A stretch of 64,000 nucleotides of DNA from Tubulanus polymorphus (lineage: Eukaryota; Animalia; Nemertea). Below the pieces are notes generated by a model. That model was given only the letters and a program-made list of their open reading frames with translations. It was not told the DNA's origin and did not search any database. Below, piece by piece: positions 1-14,161 of the stretch; position 1 is the stretch's first letter, and every line of letters begins with the position of its first letter. The stretch lies in contig NC_134029.1 in the NCBI RefSeq assembly GCF_964204645.1, forward strand, positions 9,450,850-9,514,849, read 5' to 3'. The position numbers were made by a program, and so were the translations under genes.

Positions 1-661
1 GCTAATGGGATACCAGCAACACCAGATGGCGCAACAAAATAGTTTGTAGTGAAAATCAGTCCATTTACAATAAAACTTTGAACTTTGTTTTTACGCTTTT
101 AAATCCAGAAATTGTCCAATGAGTCATTGGAAAGAAGATATAAGATTCCCTTTCTCACTCAGTGTGTGGTATTGATTTTCAGAAAATTGAATTTGAAATG
201 CGGTAACCCAGTGTCACTAGCTATCCTGGTGGATTATCGCTGAATCCTTGCTTACCATCAGTAGCCTTGCCGGTATCCCATTAAAGAGAAGGCCAGAAAA
301 GTGCAGACAATTTCGAGTCACTTCTTTTTTATTCTAAACCATTCTATGTTCAAACCCTAGTATGAACTGGATCCTGACTCTATAGGGGTTAAAACATCGG
401 AAATAAACTTAACATGGGCAGAACTAGATGAGTCTGGCACATATTTCCATTTGTATTAATTTTGACCCCCTCCCTCTTGAAAAAATCCTAGTGGTGCCCC
501 TGCTAATTCTAACTCAAACTTAACATGTGCGTAACATAGAGCCGTTATCATTTCCCCAGTACTACAATAGACTGATGGAATTAAAGATGTTGTTGCGACT
601 GAGAGAAAGAAGAGAAAGATGCCTATTGAAGAAATGTAAAAATGTATATTTCTTATTATAG

Positions 662-3600
662 AATGGGTCGAATACTGATTTGAAGCATTTCGATGATTTT
701 CCACTTTCGAAAAAGACCAAGGAAGGTAAGTTTGCATGTTTATAGTATGTAATGGTTTCGGCTTTCATTTGATTATTCACAGTTATTTAAAATGATTTCA
801 GGACTAACAGCTGCTGGCTACGTCGAGCCTACTGATATTCAGAGAGAGTCTCTCGGTCTCATTCTTCAAAGCCATGATGTTTTAGGAGCAGCGAAAACTG
901 GATCGGGGAAAACATTAGCATTTTTAATCCCAGTAAGATTCCACTCTGCAATTTTTGAAAACTGATTCACAGTATATCAGGATAATTCGAACTGTCAGTC
1001 TTTCCAATGAATTCTTTCTTGAGCACATGTGCTTATTTATTCGTTAGGATGTCGTTAGGGGAACTCATGATCGGTATTTAGCTCCACTGTGACCGAAGGT
1101 CAGTGGAGCTAATTGGTTAGGGTATGAGCCGTCTTCGTTTGTTCGTTCGTACGTCTGTCAACTTTTTCTTCAAATCGCTACTAGTCCTACAGTTTTAATC
1201 AGATCAATTCCAAATTTGGTATGAATGTTTTATGGACCACTGCCTATGAAGTTACTTAAAGGATTCGTCCTTCAGGGGGTGTCCCTGGAGGTGGAGTTTC
1301 TATTTCTTCAAATTCCTACTAGTCCTACAGTTTTCATGAGATCAAATCCAAATTTGGTATAAATGTTCTATGGACCAATACCTACAAAGTACAGAGCCCT
1401 TTTTGGATTTGGCCAAAAGGTGGCACCCCTAGGTATGCTGCTTCGATATCTTCAAATCACACAGCAGAGCTATATAAGCTGATAGGCTCCTTGTCTTCAA
1501 TCCATTCCCCTACCAAAGGGTTACCTGTATTCATGACTACTACTTACCCTTATAATCATTACCTTGGATAAGTCTTCATACCCCCAGGTTGGCAAAGGAT
1601 CCTTTTGCTTATGCCTCAGAAAGACCATATTATTACCGGTTCACAGGCCATACGAGTAGACAATGTCCAAAATATTTAAGACCTCGGGAACTTAATCGCC
1701 GTTTATTATAACTACTGTTAATTTAGGCCTTAGAGATATTATACCGTGAAAAATGGTCAGCACTAGATGGACTGGGTATTTTGATTATTTCACCGACTAG
1801 AGAATTGGCATATCAGACATATGACGTCTTGAGAAAAATTGGCAAATTACATGATTTTTCTGCTGGACTAGTCATTGGTGGAAAGGTATGTACATTTGAT
1901 ACACTAAAAGAATCAAGATTAAACCAATGTGGATTGATTATTATTTCTGAATACGTAAGTTTGATATTTCTTCGCAAAATATTATTTCAGCATTTGAGAG
2001 AAGAAGTCGCTTCTATAAACAAGACGAATATCGTGATTTGTACCCCCGGTCGACTGCTACAACATATGGACGAAACTGTTAATTTCATAGCTGATAACTT
2101 GCAATTGTTAGGTAAGTGCTTCAACTTCATATTCGCTCCTAGGTATTGCATTTCGTTCTATTCCAAGAATACATGTACACTTAATACGGAAACTGTCCAC
2201 ATTGACTAGACTGGAAATCAGCCTTCTTAAGCCTTGCTTACACTAGAGATTGAAAGCGTATTTGGAGTGTAAGTTTGTAAAAACGGGGATACCATGAATC
2301 AGCTGTCATTGAATCCACAATTAACGAGAGTTTGAAGACAGCCAGGGGCCAGATGCTCTGCTCTAAGTGTTGGTTAAAGTTGAAATAAAGTAAATTGTTG
2401 GATAGATACCATCTTCACCCGTCAAGGGATTCGAACCCACTCTGCTAAAGCCGTTCTCCGAACCCCTTGACCTCACGAGTCGTTGGAGTGGTTACTAGCC
2501 GACCAGAATCAGGTCGGGCCAATCACAGCGCTTGTTACAAACGACATTAGGCATCTATGGAATTTCCCGGTAAATGGACCAATCAGCGAACACGTAGCGA
2601 ATGCGGAAGTATTGTCGCGTGTTGATATATGACGTCATGCGCAACAGCGCCAGTAATGAAATCACGCTTCGTGAGGCCAGGGGGCTTTCTGGAAGCGAGT
2701 TCGGGAGTGATACCGGACCCCTGGCAAGCGAGGATGGATAGATACTGTAGTAACAATGGAATTTGAATTTTCACTACATCAACCAGCTGCTGGTTACTTA
2801 AGCTATGAGGTAATGTTTGAGCAACTGGCTCCAGGTCTCAATCAATCCACATTGGTTTAATCTTGATTCTTTTAGTGTAGGTGCACAATAATAAGTACAG
2901 GTCAAATCAAAACCTTCAAATGACAACAGAAATGGTCATTGTGATTGGAAAAGTTTGCCTGCCAGTGTATGCCAGTCTTGTTAGCAATTGAGTCTAGTGT
3001 AGAAACAAATTCATCTGAATCCCAAATTAATTAATGTGGCTCTAGCATAGACTTCACTATAGTGTAACTGAAAATATCAGAAAAGAAAAGATGCTACATT
3101 GATCGAAAGCAAATGTGTTAGAAGAGAACGTGAGGAACCATATCAATTTCTACCGGTAATTCCATTTTGTATGGTTTAAAAAAACAACTTTGTTGGTGTA
3201 ATTTTTAGTGTTGGATGAGGCTGATAGAATACTCGATCTTGGTTTTGCGGACACGATGAATGCCATTATTGCTAATCTACCTCAAAGTAGACAGACTGTC
3301 CTATTTTCTGCGACACAAACCAAGTAAGTTGCATGTACATGAAATCATGTTCATTTGGGCGGTAGATGTAGTTACACCCTCCTGTTCATTTTGCTAATGC
3401 AGGAAACGTATACGGTTCATACATTTCCAGGAACTTCTTGAAAACTTTCTAGTATTTTAATATAAAAACCCATTATGTACAACAGGGATGAGAATTCCCC
3501 GCAATTTCCCACGGATTTCGGTATTGAAAAGTATCAATTTTCCAAATAGTCCAAAAATGATGTAAAAGTATAGGGGGGGGGGTGATCTCACTCAATTGGT

Positions 3601-6600
3601 CCGGCGCGATTGGTAATCAGGTGAACCGTAAAAGCGTTCAGTGCCTGTTTTACTTATCGTTGCATATCGCATTTCAATGCATATTCATTGCAACACTGAT
3701 TTTGTATCTACTACGATGAATGTGTATGTATTTTATTGATCGGTTGCAGACACGTGCGCGCGGCCACAGTAGTAATGTATTCATCGGCGCATTTTAACCG
3801 CAATAATTCAGGGCTCGACCTGTAATGCGTGAGACGCTGAATGTCATCGAATGAGGATGTGCCACATCGGAACTAGCCATTACCTTCCAAAATATAATAG
3901 TCGTTCATGGGTTCAAGATTGCTCTAAGTGCTCAGAAAACGCTTTCAATTTCTAAAATTTTCTTGGGGGAGGACCCCCCCCGAATAGCTACGCGCCTTTG
4001 GTGCTCGCGGGTACTGACAGCTACGCCATCAGCTGGTTCGTGATGTAACTCGAGAAAAAAAACCGCGGATTTTATAGGTCGGCGTTCTCATCTCTGGTAC
4101 AAATTAAAAGAATTCTAAAATCGAAAATTTATTTATTGAAACACTCTAAAATATAAGAACATGGCGCTTCGATCTCACCCTAGATATCATCGTCAGGTGA
4201 TCATTGTTTCAATAAATAGATTCTCGATTTTAGAATTCTTTTAATTTGTACATAGTGGGTTTTTATCTTATCATCTGTTCACCACGTTTGAGTGCGGTTA
4301 TCGTACTTTCTAGGATTTGTTACTATTTTGGCCTGTAAAAAAGTTTCAGTTTGTTTGAAAATTGAAAGGTGTTTCTGGGGGTCTTGTCATTGACAATTGA
4401 TGCTTGAAGCTTGAAAGGTGTCACCAAGGGTCAATAATGATGAATTTGAACATTGAAATCTTTCTGAATGAATTTGACTTAATTACTGAGAACACTTTCG
4501 ATCGGTAGACCTGCTGCAATTTTTGCACTGACATCGTATCTCCTCCCTCTAATGGGATGATATCAAGAATTCACGATGAAATTTATCTTGTTGCATTCAA
4601 AATAGATTTCCTCCTAATTGTACATGATTGCTGGTACATGTATAAATTGTTGTTTTGAAGATATCACTCGCAACATTGGGGTTCCAGTGAACATTTTATC
4701 AGACTATACAAATACCACATGCATCATCGAGGGATTTTGATTTTAAATGAAATCTTGTATTCTCTGATAATATTTTGATAAATGAAGTATTTCGGGTTTC
4801 TTGTGTAGATACATTTAGTTACTTGATAATTGGATAATCGTGGTCTGTTAATTTGTTGAACTAACACTTATGGGTTTTTTTCTTTTGAAGATCCGTAAAG
4901 GACCTGGCTCGCCTGAGTTTGAATGACCCGATGTATATATCAGTGCACGAACATTCACAACACAGTACTCCCACTCAGTTACAACAGGTAAAATGAATTT
5001 TGGAAGTCATTGATGCTTTCGCTGCTGACAGTTTCCCATACTATATGCTGCTGGAGAAAGTTCAATCATGCAGTGTGGTATATAATGGTCATACCACTCT
5101 ATTGCGTCTACACTAGAGTGTTGTGTGGTTTATCTTCAGTCACTAAGATTTTACTATGTTTGACAGGTGCTGCCTGCTGAGATTTTAGTGAGGTGGATGT
5201 AGTGAAACGATTGAACCTAGAATAAGGCAACCGTGAGGCAAACGCAAGTTGAGATATATGATGACAGGCGTTCTTTCTTATTTTCAGAGCTATATTGTAT
5301 GTGAGTTGCATGAAAAAATAAATCTTCTCTGGTCTTTCATCAAAAACCACTTGAAAACGAAGATGCTTGTGTTTTTACAGAGTTGTAAACAGGTACGTGT
5401 TACTGCATTCTTGTCAAAACTTATATATGTTTTGATCGATGTCATAAAAGACTAAGCCTACAAAATTGTATGACACTAACAAATTGTGGGAGTTCATGAA
5501 GTTTAAGATAAGGTACCGGGTAGTTGGCAAATTGTTTATTCATTTAAGGTGCGTTTCGTTTACGACTCCTTCAAAAAACTGCGCCCTGGTGTCCCTGTAC
5601 TCGCACTGCACGGTGGAATGCATCAATTGAAACGTGTTGCAACGTACGATCAGTTCTGTCGGAAACAACACGCTGTACTATTCGCAACTGATATTGCTGC
5701 GCGGGGATTAGGTACGTACTGGCTAGTTAAGTTTATTGAGTGTATGTACAAATTTATGCTGATTTAGTGTGCTTTTGTAATACCTTCATTGTTCTTGGAT
5801 CCAACTGTGTGATGACTATATAAATCCTTTTCATTCTGAAAGTGTAGAAAAGGTGTTTTCCTTTTGTATCATTGATAACTATGAACTTCCATGTTTTATT
5901 TACACCAGATTTTCCTGCAGTAAGTTGGGTGTTTCAGTACGATTGTCCGGAAGATGCTAATACATATATTCACAGAGCTGGACGAACGGCACGGTAGGAA
6001 CAATATTCATTTTCCAATAGATTCACAATTGAGCTTGATACCATTTATTGATTACATTTATCTTTAATATATTGTATAACATGTTAAGCTGTTACTTATC
6101 AGAGAAGATGTGCATTTATTTAACAGGTATGAAAAAAATGGAGAGGCGCTTTTACTATTGACTCCAAGCGAAGAATCAGCAATGATAGAACAACTGAATA
6201 ATAAAAAGATTCCCATCGAGAAAATTAGGTTAGTGAGTGTGGTATGTTTGTATTTGAAAATACAGAAGACTGCTTTAAGCCTGCATTATTCTGTAGCATT
6301 AGAACTAAATATTTCAAATTGACCGATTTTCAGTTGAGAATCAAGGAAATGGACATTTTTCTGAATAAATTTTGATAAGAGTCCCTGAGTTGATTGCTAG
6401 GCTCCCAAATAAGGAGGCGTCTACTGTAGAACCATTCATGGTGGTAGTTTTCATTAATAATTCCAAAAGACCATGTCAGTTACTGTTGAAAACTATGGAA
6501 CTATTTAATGGTGAAATGACAGGCTTCATCGATGGTCTGTTGTTGTTCTAACCACTGCTTTTTGAAATCTTTTCAGAATAAATCCAAAGAAATTGTGGAG

Positions 6601-9600
6601 TATACGTCCTAAGTTGGAGAGTTTGTTAGCAGCTGATCGTACGCTGAAAGAATCAGGTCAGCGGGTCAGTATTCAAACTAACATTTAATAAATAACCCTT
6701 TCTACATGTACAGGCTAATGGCACGTAGTGTTGCCATCTATCATAAAGACTATAAAGTTTCATACAGTAGTTGATATAGTTTATATGTATAGTTTTCTAT
6801 AAGCTTTTGAACTTGCCCAATGTGTGTAGCTTAAAGGTCATTGCCGCTTTAAGAAAATTAAATTTAGAATTCAATGCTCAATAGGGTGTTAACGCCGTAA
6901 ACAAAGCTTGCTAGTTGTGATCAACTGTATCCTCTCTTAATATTTAGCAATCATTTTGACAGCAATATGTAATGGGAGAACCTTCCTTTGATAATGAGGA
7001 TCAATTTGTACTGCTGTATTTTTATGAACTTATTAAACACATCAGTTACACATTGAACTGAATAGAACATGCTGAGAGTGTAGATCCGTTAATGTATCTA
7101 CACGCAACTACTCGCTGAACTACTTGCAGTGAAACACAGCGTGCTCCTCATTTCATGAAATCTTTATGTAGATACATTACTGAAATATTGATGGCAAATG
7201 CGTCAGTAGATTAACAGGATTGTTTTAAACCGTAAGATACAAATTCGAAAAATTAGTCTTCCATAATTTACCATTGAGGCAACTGCAGCATTGTGTATAA
7301 AATGGGCTTAAGTATGTACGGAAGTGTACTAGCTGCTGAAATATCTGGTCTATGGCGAGCTAGGCTTATGCAAAGCAGAAGGATTACTCTGAAATTTGCC
7401 TATGTATGATTTATGGGTAATGGATAGGTGTCATCTACTATACAGTCATCTATTTAACCTCAGAACTGGAAAAATATCTGTGCTGTGATAGCGTGTTTTG
7501 AATGATAATCATTTGATGATTAATGGAATAATAGCATTATACCAGGCAGTCATGAGTGATTTCTGTTTTTAGGCATTTGTCTCATACCTAAGATCTGTGT
7601 TTTTGATGAAAGACAAAGATGTGTTTGATGTCAACAAAATTGACACGGCAAAGTTTTCAAGGTAAATGATGATTAGTCAATTATGAAGGAAAGCAAGAAT
7701 TTCAACCATGTAATTATTTTCGGTTAGTTCCCTAGGCCTTGCGATACCGCCCAGGATACGATTTCTCCAAAAACACCAAAATCAAATAGAAATGCAGAAA
7801 AAACTAATGGTTGATGCTGAGAAAAAGAATGATCAAGAAATTGAAGAAGAGAGTAGTGATGATGACGTTGATGATGAAGATGACGAAGATGATAATGAAA
7901 AGTGAGTCCTTTCCTCCTGTAAAAACACAATAACGGTTGCATCATCCTTCCTCACAGCATCACGATACTGCCTCAGTACAAAACCCTGCCCTAGTGAAAA
8001 TGGATATGTAGCTATTATAAGCATTCAATAAATGTAATTTCTCATTGGCTAATCTTATGCATAAATAGCTGCGCACCTGATCCCATTTCCTCAGTTTTAA
8101 GTTTAATTTTCCTCAGTTTTAAGTTTAATTTGACTCTTAAGTTGAAAATGAACTGGTTTTAATGCAAGAGTTAACTCCTGTGTAGAGCAGAAGCAATTGT
8201 AAAAGTCATTGAATGCACAAATGAGCTTTGAAATTATTCTGCTGAATGTGATAGTCTTATGGAGTAAAATTGGTTGAAACTTTATGTGACATTTGATGTT
8301 CCCCAAGAGCTGCAAATTTGAACTTAATTATTTTGTAGTGACAAAGATGAAGTTCTGAATGGTTTGAATTTCAATGTGGACGGAGAAGATGATGATTTGT
8401 TTACAGTCCAAAAAATTGATAACTCGACCGTTGAGGACAGATCAGAAGAAGACGAAGGCTTTGATATTGAGGTACATACAATTACTCCATCAGTTGCTTG
8501 GGGATTTAAAATGATTTTCTTGAGTTGACCAGAAACAGCTGAGAATTGGGGAAATACTAGGAGGTTTCCAAATAAATTACCGGTAAGGCCCAGTTAGGAG
8601 TAAGGCTCGTCTACTGTGTGACATTCAGTTCACATATTGTTATTACATGACTGAGACAGATATGATATCTCACCAAAAAAATCTGAGAAGTACTTTTTCT
8701 GCCATTTTCTTATATAATATAGCCTCTGAAATTTTTTTTACTGAACATAGAATGAGAAAAAGCAAAAGAAGTTACCTTCAAAATACCAGATTGCCAAAAA
8801 AATACAGAAAAAGAAGCTGGTGGTGAATACGAAAGTAACTTTCGACGAAGAAGGCCAGGTATGTACATCAAGTGATCAGTTACATATAAATTCTGTTTGT
8901 TGGAATATATTTATATATGGGAATTGAATTTTTCATTCTTCAGCGCGTGAAAGATCTATTGAAAGAAAAGGAAGACGATGACAATGAACTGGATGATTAC
9001 AGCGGCGGTCTCGATATATTCCGAGCGAAAGCACGCATGCAAGAAGAGGATAAACTCGACAAACAAATATTCCGTGACAAAGTCAAGCAAAAGCACAGAG
9101 AGGAACGAATTAAAAAGAAGGAGAAGATGAGAGCAAAAAATAAGAAGACGGATGGTGATGATGATGAAGATGAGGTAAATAATGATTGAAATCTATTTCC
9201 AATTCATATTGGTGCTCGTTTTCATGTTTAGCCATATTGGTTTAACTTCACTCGTTACTTCCTTCAGGATGAACCAGTAGTAGTTTTAGGATCTAATGAA
9301 AATGATAACAATGATGACGTTGATAAAATCGATAGTAATGATGAGGAAAGTGATGCCAGTGATGGTGAAAGGTGGGTGAAATACATGAAATATTTTTGTC
9401 AAGTTTTAGGAAGCCTTTTATTTGATTTTCTAGTAATCAATAAATTTGAAATAAGTGATTTAAGCAATTTGTTTTTGCAAAGACAGACCATCCATATAGC
9501 CTAGTACATACACATAAATTGGGCATTTTCAACCCCCTCCCCATTTTAGATAGCTGTTCACATGGTTTACCCCCTCTCCATGTATGCATACCGATATGCA

Positions 9601-10195
9601 ATTAAAACTAAACTCCTCCCTAATGTGCGTTCTGTACTAAATGGATGGTCCCCTAGTGGAAATCAATCTTCTGATCACTAATACGGTAATTTGCCAGTAG
9701 TTAATGATATAAATAGAAATGCAATACTTTGATAAATATGAATCAACCTTGATTTAAATGGTGTGGCTGAATGTCCAGGGTATAGAGCAAGCCAGGGCCT
9801 TTCACTAGTTTTAACCACATGTTAGTTGGCAAACATGTGAAATAAACCACCAATTTAGAGTTGGAAGGAGCTTTATTCGTGAAAATAGAAAATTTGTCGA
9901 GGGTGTGAAAAGAACATAGTAAATGAGCATAGACATCTTTATTGCATTTGTGTTTCAATATTTTGGTATCTGTTGTAGGCCAAGTAAACGAGCTAGACAT
10001 GATAAAAGTGAGGATGAACTTGATAGTCGAAGTGATGAAGACTTGAATGACCAGGAAAGTGAGAATGACCAATCGAGTGATGAGGAAGTGTATTCAGGTA
10101 ATAAAAGTTCAAGCGATGATAATGAAATTATGGACACTGGGTTATCAATAGACGGTGATGAAGAAATGGCGTTAAGTTTACTAAAACAAATCTAA
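662..10195 (+). CDS. DDX10: DEAD-box RNA helicase DDX10/DBP4, multi-exon, 5' exon(s) upstream of the window
   Basis: GT-AG exons read at 662-725, 802-932, 1727-1885, 1991-2111, 3209-3323, 4891-4987, 5288-5392, 5549-5711, 5909-5993, 6127-6228, 6577-6664, 7573-7661, 7728-7901, 8339-8471, 8751-8858, 8944-9174, 9268-9371, 9979-10195. Motifs [74 protein letters not shown]; acidic/basic C-terminus ending EEMALSLL. Confidence 0.95.
1076..1494 (+). mobile_element. HINE-like element, family C, in a DDX10 intron
   Basis: 5' palindrome TAGCTCCACTG..CAGTGGAGCTA, (GTTC/GTCT) microsatellite, internal duplicated unit, 3' end CTTGT. Confidence 0.6.
3458..4270. mobile_element. Small palindromic MITE whose left arm is split by the 3483-4096 insertion
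   Basis: Removing the insert restores AAAAACCCATTATGTACAAATTAAAAGAATTCTAAAATCGA..., the inverted match of about 4205-4270. Confidence 0.7.
3483..4096. mobile_element. hAT-like MITE with a 6-bp TSD, nested in a palindromic MITE
   Basis: TIRs CAG(G/A)GATGAGAA; duplicated GTACAA at 3477-3482 and 4097-4102. Confidence 0.75.
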
Positions 10196-10775
10196 TAAAA
10201 TGATATACAAACTGTTTACTGGTATTTGTAGAAAATAAATATTGTAAATACGTAAGGCTATGTTCTTGTGTTCCTTTTTGTTTCACAGTCCATGATAATA
10301 TATTAATCTTCTCCACTTGGAACTTCCCAGCGGGCTATTGCATTCCCTTTTTGTCTGGCGTCTGTCTGTAGATGGACTTCAGTTATTTTGGGAAGTTTTG
10401 AAGACGCTTCACACATCTTCAGCAAAAAAACTGGCCCAATCAGACTCACAGCGATTTTTTATCTGTTGCTTGGTGAAACTTAGCTTTCCTGGACCTGGTT
10501 TCAGACAAGAACTATGGAAATTACTACAGTAGTACTAAGATTACTAAGACATGTTTGCACCAGTCCATATTTGTAGAGTGATTTAAGAATCGAAGAAAAA
10601 GGAAGGTTTTCAAAAGAAATTTTCTGTTGAATAGGTTTCCTAATTTGAGAAGTTTTTTGAGTTAACTGAATTGGAGTATGAAAATTTGGTTCAATAGAAC
10701 TTTGAAGTCGCGTCTTGGGCCAGGTATCTATTTATGTCTGGTGAAGAGAGCAAATAAAGGATACGTTTTTTTCCA

Positions 10776-11274
10776 GGGCAAACTGGTTATATGATTCCGA
10801 GTTAGTCAACTATTCACAGGGAGGACAATAGGTTTTTCATGAACTGTTAATTTGATGAATCTGGTTGCCACCCACTGCACATCCTCCCCCGGCAGGGATT
10901 CGAACCTGATGGCATCGAGATTGCCACGGTACAAAACACACTAGACCACACTGCCACACTAGACCGAGTGCGCAGCTACATGCGCAGCTTAGATGATGTC
11001 ATTATTAGCCAATCAGATATTCCGTTTTATTAGCCTGGGTTTTCCCATTTATAGTTCCTCTGTGAAATTTACCTCAGTGATTATGCAACGAGCAATCTGC
11101 TGATTGGTGCTGCAAGTTTTCATGCAGCAAAGCTGCGCATGTACCTACGCACCCGATCGATTGTGGCAGGGGTTCGTGCTGTGGCTGAGTGTAGTGATGT
11201 CATCAGGTTCGAATCCCTGCCGAGGGAGCATGCCTACTGTATGGCAGTTGTAACTTCGGGTCAAAATTTGCCTA
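10776..11274. mobile_element. Foldback element with tRNA-like Pol III boxes in both arms
   Basis: GGCAGGGATTCGAACCTGATG (about 10891) is inverted to CATCAGGTTCGAATCCCTGCC (about 11201); related arm at about 47985-48075. Confidence 0.55.
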
Positions 11275-13512
11275 GGTATACCCAGTGTAGAGTTCATACA
11301 TACTCTGGTGGTATCCCCGAGTGTAACACTAACCACTTGGTTCACAATATTTTGCTCTACTTTAGCTAGTAAATATATACTGAAATGGATTAATGGATGG
11401 CTAAGTTGGGCCCAGTTCCATGGGCAAGTTGAGATCAAGAAGAACACAATTTGTCCAAATGCTTATGATGGTCTCATTCAATGATAAACTACTAACTTAT
11501 ATAGAGGTACAAATAGTTATTTACTGGCAGTAGTACATTTTCAATATTAATTCTTATTCATCATATTTTAATATATCTCATGGGTTTTTGTATCATAGCT
11601 GAATCTTGTTATGTTCATTCAGCTTCAGTCCCTTGAAGGATGTACAATAGACTCCTCATATCTTAGGTGTACCTCAGAATATCCCATTGCTCACACAAGG
11701 CCAGAAAAAATCTTAAACTCTATCAATACAAAAATTACCTTGCCGGCTTCAGGAATAGCAAATGGTCCCAAGACATCGGAGATATGCATTGCCTACTGTA
11801 TGTTTTTGTAAAAACCAACAGCTGTCCATGTGTATAAGGATACCGTAATCAATTCAAACAACAAGAATAACGCAAATAATTCAGAAATTTGTTTCTAAGT
11901 TATATTTCAACAGTTTTGATCTCAAACGATGGTACCCAACATGACATGAAAAATTTGCTTTCATTAAAAAAGTCACTATATACTTACAGATAGAGGCACA
12001 TGTACACTCTACATAGTGGAAAAATAAATGAAGTATGGATAGAAGGAAACGCTTAACAATCCAGTGCTGTATATACACATGGATATACAGCCTAATTCAC
12101 TCACAATGCCTAGTGTAACATAAAATCTATCGCAGTATCTGTGGTTAAAAATTTGAAAAAATATCTTTTGCCGATCTCTGGACACAGAATTTTATTCAAT
12201 TTATGTATACTGTTATAAATATACAAACGCGACTAAGAACTTCACTTCACAAATTTTGGAATTTTCGAAAGTACACGGGATGGTTTACGGGGTAAAACCT
12301 TACTCAGGTTAGGCCTAATCTTTCATAACGATCAAAACGCAAACATCGGGGAGGGTTTAGCAAAATAAGCAAAATATCGCATACTTAAGGGATACTTTAT
12401 AAAGGGAGCGTTAAATGTAGCATTGTTCAATAAACCTTTCTCAATTACGAGTACACAATATGAACACATACATATCATTAAAGGCCTAAACATATTGGTA
12501 CATATTTATATATACATAATGGCAGCCACAGACAAAAATACTTGATATGTAGCTCGCTTTTAAGCAAAGAGTTATACTAAGCAACTAAATCTTCAATACT
12601 GAGGAATTGAGTGATCGATTTATGCAGTCAAACCTTCTATAGCGTATGAGTTGAAATGACCCGTAGCTAGCTCTCACCCAAATTGAGGATTTACCCCTAG
12701 GGATAACTTTGATACCCAGTCTATGAAACCGGGCCCAGGTTAATATATACTTGCCGACATGAATTAAACTTGACAGTACAGCTCATACACAAATCATCAA
12801 TCTATGAATACGGGTATCAATCTGCAGCCCTGGACCTACCCCCATCAAATATTCACCAGTAGTGTCAATTGGCCATTGTGAACACTTTGAAAATATGGTC
12901 ATAAACCACGTACAGGTTAATGGTCCAGTTGGAAATTCATTTTCAATCAAATGTCCAAGGATGGATGATCAACAAGCAGCCAGTTGGCGGATATACCAGT
13001 AGCTCTGCTGTTTCATTTACTTCATTATACTTTTTATGCAACTTTGTAGCTGCTGGACCACGCACACAAAATTTGGTAATGATCGGTCCCTAGGTCACAG
13101 TGGAGCCAGATTCGGAGAAAGGTCAATGCAGCAGATTGATACCTATAAAAGTACAAATGCGGAAGGGGTCTAGTTAGTATATGCAGAACAATAATAGCAA
13201 TATGTTTACACAATATTTTTGCCAGTAGGAGTATTATTTTTACCAGAAACTAGTGCGATGTTTAAGTATTTGATGTCTTACGAGTAGCTTCATTCATAAC
13301 ATATGAAATAACATTAGAAATATATATGATTGTTTTTGAAAATTTTGAGATTTCTCTCAAATTTTAGTCGATAGGTCCACATCGGATTGTTGAATACAAT
13401 AATGCATACAAAAAGTGCATGCAGTATTTAATGGCTGACCAAACCGAAAATCGAATTCAACAATAATTTCAGTAAATATATCAAGGTTAAATATCTAAAT
13501 TGACTTAAATTC

Positions 13513-13620
13513 TGGGGCTGGTTTTATAGACTAGTATAAATTTCAACCCGGGGACTAGCTCTAACTATAATTTCTAACCCCCAGATTAATGTTGATACCA
13601 GTCTATAAAACTGGCCCCTG
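13513..13620. mobile_element. Very small MITE
   Basis: GGGGCTGGTTTTATAGACT / AGTCTATAAAACTGGCCCC inverted termini; related half-copy at about 12700-12740. Confidence 0.55.
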
Positions 13621-14161
13621 GATTCAGTTACACAGTTATGAGTCAAGATTTGATTTTGAGTTAATTCATTGAAAATGAACAAATTGTAACGTACGGTAGA
13701 TATAACTCTTAACTCACAACTATGGAGCTGGCTCCTGTAAATTTACATGACTAAAATAACTACCTCACAGCACTTAAAATATGTATAAAAATAAGGAAAT
13801 AATAACAACCAGAATCGCACGGAGCCAGCCTTTTTATTGTCATGAAATACCACGTAATACTTTGTTTACAAATCTCATACGGTTTGACACCGTTAAAAAA
13901 AACTATAACAACAAAATACAAATAAATAAATGACTAGACAAAATACTGACAACTGTAAATAAAATACCTTGGATGGATGCAAAACAAACAAAAAACATGG
14001 GAGCAAAATATGTAAAATAATACCGGACAGTCTATGCATCATGCAAAGGCAGACAGGTTCTTCCTTCATTCCGAGTTGAGACTTAAAAAAAACTAGCACT
14101 GATTCTGTCTTTATACATACCATACATACCTCCAGGCACCTACTGGGATTAAATTGTTCAA

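Noticed and set aside
571-640. Additional upstream DDX10 exon
   Set aside because: The frame ends in TAA and the implied intron to 662 would be under 30 nt; the true 5' exon probably lies before the window.
2395-2500. tRNA gene at the GGTTCGAATCCC box (also about 10900, 11205, 41330)
   Set aside because: No convincing cloverleaf could be drawn; more consistent with SINE/MITE-derived boxes.
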